A DNA stretch of 37,707 bases. Source: Burkholderiales bacterium. Its GTDB lineage: Bacteria; Pseudomonadota; Gammaproteobacteria; Burkholderiales; Burkholderiaceae_C. Positions 35,337 to 37,707 of this stretch are shown one piece after another (positions within the stretch are counted from its first letter, which is position 1; each line of letters begins with the position of its first letter). A program made the position numbers and the translations under genes. Below the pieces are notes generated by a model that worked only from the letters and a program-made list of their open reading frames with translations, did no database searches and had not been told where the DNA came from. The DNA lies in NCBI GenBank assembly GCA_038218895.1, contig JBBRJU010000001.1, positions 1 to 37,707 of the forward strand, written 5' to 3'.

Positions 35337-35621
35337 GACTACGCTCCTCATTTCATCCACCTCGGTCAACCACTCTGATCGTGGCGTCTGCAACAACTTC
35401 AACCAACGTGCCGCACTCGAAGAGTCGCAGATTGATATCTGCATTCAGTGGACTATTTATAGCGCGCTGCACGGCGGCTGCATTGAGCTAAGTCAACTCG
35501 AATTCACGACCAGCGCCTCCGCATCAAAGATAGGAGGGGATATTGAACTGCGATCAAGGCGACGAAGCGCGTCGGCATCCATCGTCGCTGCACATGCTGA
35601 CTGCATGAACAGGAGAAGCGT

Positions 35622-35900
35622 CTGTCCCAGGAACGTCGTGCAAGCCGCAGCGACCTCATCCGCATCGCTGGCGAAGTGATGGAAGAGTGTGGACTGGATC
35701 CAGGAGTATCCGGTCGCTGTCCGGCCCAACTCGCGACGAATACCGGCCCCCGGCGCGACGCGGACTCGCACATCCGCGATCTCACCGCGCTGACCTGGTG
35801 ATCGATCGACAACGACGACCCGTTCGATCTCGATCAACTCACCGCCTGCCAGCCGCTGGTGGCCGGTGCAGCGAAGATCTTCGTGGCGGTGGGCGATGTC
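35622..35900 (+). pseudogene. RNB-domain (RNase II/R-like) ribonuclease N-terminal remnant
   Basis: AGGAG followed by CTG where a start is expected; RSDLIRIAGEVMEECGLDP...IRDLTALTW*SIDNDDPFDLDQLT...KIFVAVGDV with in-frame TGA at 35799. SID..D..DLD is the RNB catalytic motif. Confidence 0.72.
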
Positions 35901-35993
35901 GTGGTCTATGACTTCTGCGCCGGGCGCGGGGGCAAGTATTCCCATGCCTTCCTCAAGGACTGGTCGGGCACGCTGGTGGTGGACGCCTACTCC
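35901..35993 (+). mobile_element. IS66-family transposase (TnpC) internal fragment
   Basis: VVYDFCAGRGGKYSHAFLKDWSGTLVVDAYS resembles the IS66 motif VVYDF..GR.......FL..W.G.LV.D.Y. Confidence 0.72.
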
Positions 35994-36005
35994 GAAGAGC
36001 CTCGA

Positions 36006-37707
36006 TCACGCTGTGCGTTCCCTCGATCCAGAGGCTGAGGAGGGCGGTGCCGGGCAACCGGTGCGAAAGAACCATGCCTTCGCCACTTCTGTCGCAACGA
36101 TGTAGCCGATGAGGATCAGGACGATCCCGATCAACTGACCGCCAGACAGCGGCACGAAGCCGAAGACCGCACTCAGGCCCCCCAGGTAGGGGACCGCGAA
36201 GGCCAGCACCAGGACGGCAAGCGTCGACCACAGCAGGAGCCGGCTGGGGCGGCTGCGGAAGACCGGCCTGTGCGTGCGCAACACGAGCACGACGGCAAGT
36301 TCGGTCAGCAGCGAGATCAGGAACCACGAGGTCTGGAACGTCGCCTCGTCGGCGTGAAAGACCCAGAGCAGCAGCCCGAAGGTGATCAGGTCGAAGACCG
36401 AGCTGATCAGCCCGAACACGATCATGAATTTTCGGATTTCTCGGATGTTCCAGCGCTGTGGCTGCGTCACCCGTTCCGGGTCGACCGCATCGCTGGCAAT
36501 CGCCATCGAGGGCAGGTCCGACAGGAAGTTGTTGAGCAGGATCTGCTTGGCGGCCAGCGGAAGGAACGGCAGCAGCGGCGCCGCCAGCGCCATCGAGACC
36601 ATGTTGCCGAAGTTTGCGCTGGTGGTGATCGCGATGTATTTCAGCGTGTTGGCAAAGGTTCGTCTCCCCTCTTCGACGCCCGCGCGCAGAACGTCGAGAT
36701 CGCGGGTCAGAAGGATGATGTCGGCGCTTTCGCGCGCCACATCCACCGCCTCGGCCACCGAGATGCCGACATCGGCGGCGTGCAGGGCAGGGGCGTCGTT
36801 GATGCCGTCGCCCAGATAGCCGACTGAATGGCCGGTGCGTTGCAGGGCGCGGACGATGCGTTCCTTCTGCTGGGGGTCGATTTCCACGAACAGATCGGTT
36901 TGCGGCGCCAGATGCCACAGCGCCTCGTCGCGCATTGCGGCGATCGCCTCGCCGGTCAACATGGCCTTCGCGTTCATGCCCACGGCCTGGGCCACGTGCG
37001 CGGTCACATGGCGGTTGTCGCCGCTGATCACCTTGACGGCGATCCCCAGCCGCGCCATATCGGCGATGGCCTGCGCGGCCTCGGCCTTGGGCGGGTCCTG
37101 AAAGATCAGAAAGCCGCGAAAGGTCATGGCGCGCTCGTCGCCGCGGTCGTAATCGGGCCGGGGGGCAAAGTTGCGGGTGGCCATCGCCAGCACCCGCAGA
37201 CCCTCGGCGCTGCGGGCCTCGAACAGCGTGTCGAGTGCGGCGCGCCGCGCCGGATCCATCGGCGCATCCGCGCCGTCAGCCTCTACCGCCGTGCAGCTGT
37301 CCAGCACTTCGGCAAACGCGCCCTTGGTCACCATCAGGTGTTGCGCCGCCCCTTCCGGCGCTACAACGATAGTCAGCCTGCGGCGCACGAAGTCGTAGGG
37401 AATCTCGTCGACCTTGGCGTAGCCTGCGGTCGAGAGCCCGGCGCCTTCACCGGCCGCCACGATGGCCGCATCGAGCGGGTTGTCGATGCCGGTCTCGAAG
37501 GCTGCGTTCAGGAACGCCAGATGCCGCGCGCCGTCGGACGGGGCGCCGGTGCCGTCGAGCACATCACGCAGCACGATCGTGCCCTCGGTCAGGGTGCCGG
37601 TCTTGTCGGTGCACAGGACATTCATGCTGCCGAGGCTCTCGATCGCGTCGAGGCGGCGGACGATGACGCCGCGCTTGCTCATCGCCCGCGCGCCGGCCGA
37701 CAGCGTC
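36006..37707 (-). CDS. mgtA: Magnesium-translocating P-type ATPase (5' end outside window)
   Basis: DKTGTLT phosphorylation site, EIPYDFVRRR, KGA, SGDN, GDGINDAPAL, and GRRTFANTLKYI...SANFGNM and FQTSWF, typical of P3B Mg2+ ATPases. Confidence 0.9.
   Translation of the reverse strand, partial: TLSAGARAMSKRGVIVRRLDAIESLGSMNVLCTDKTGTLTEGTIVLRDVLDGTGAPSDGARHLAFLNAAFETGIDNPLDAAIVAAGEGAGLSTAGYAKVDEIPYDFVRRRLTIVVAPEGAAQHLMVTKGAFAEVLDSCTAVEADGADAPMDPARRAALDTLFEARSAEGLRVLAMATRNFAPRPDYDRGDERAMTFRGFLIFQDPPKAEAAQAIADMARLGIAVKVISGDNRHVTAHVAQAVGMNAKAMLTGEAIAAMRDEALWHLAPQTDLFVEIDPQQKERIVRALQRTGHSVGYLGDGINDAPALHAADVGISVAEAVDVARESADIILLTRDLDVLRAGVEEGRRTFANTLKYIAITTSANFGNMVSMALAAPLLPFLPLAAKQILLNNFLSDLPSMAIASDAVDPERVTQPQRWNIREIRKFMIVFGLISSVFDLITFGLLLWVFHADEATFQTSWFLISLLTELAVVLVLRTHRPVFRSRPSRLLLWSTLAVLVLAFAVPYLGGLSAVFGFVPLSGGQLIGIVLILIGYIVATEVAKAWFFRTGCPAPPSSASGSRERTA

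Noticed and set aside
1-37707. CRISPR array, tRNA or rRNA
   Set aside because: No regularly spaced repeats or recognisable structural RNA sequences were seen.

Overview
GC-rich window, probably from a betaproteobacterium (inferred from gene content). It has three parts. Left (1-4872): the 3' end and right terminal repeat of an IS5-family element, then a neutral-lipid cluster of two WS/DGAT acyltransferases and an HSL-family esterase. Centre (5168-33498): a tightly coupled, 19-gene, + strand operon encoding an apparently complete Afp/PVC-type contractile injection system (eCIS). It contains a DUF4255 cap, two sheaths, two tubes, a LysM tube initiator, a split VgrG (gpD plus gpV), gp25, baseplate J and gpI-like wedges, a fibre, a tape-measure-like protein, an AAA ATPase and a 1107-aa cargo with a C-terminal HNH-type nuclease motif. 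The system is unusual in having no PAAR gene (a 676-aa protein with a hydrophobic C-terminus occupies that slot), no lysis genes, no regulator and no immunity gene, which raises the possibility of a membrane-anchored or intracellular machine. Right (33500-37707): a decayed mosaic of a MarR remnant, an internally deleted transposase, csbD, a BON lipoprotein, an RNB-ribonuclease pseudogene fused to an IS66 fragment, and a 5'-truncated mgtA. All family assignments come from motifs recognised by eye; no searches were run.
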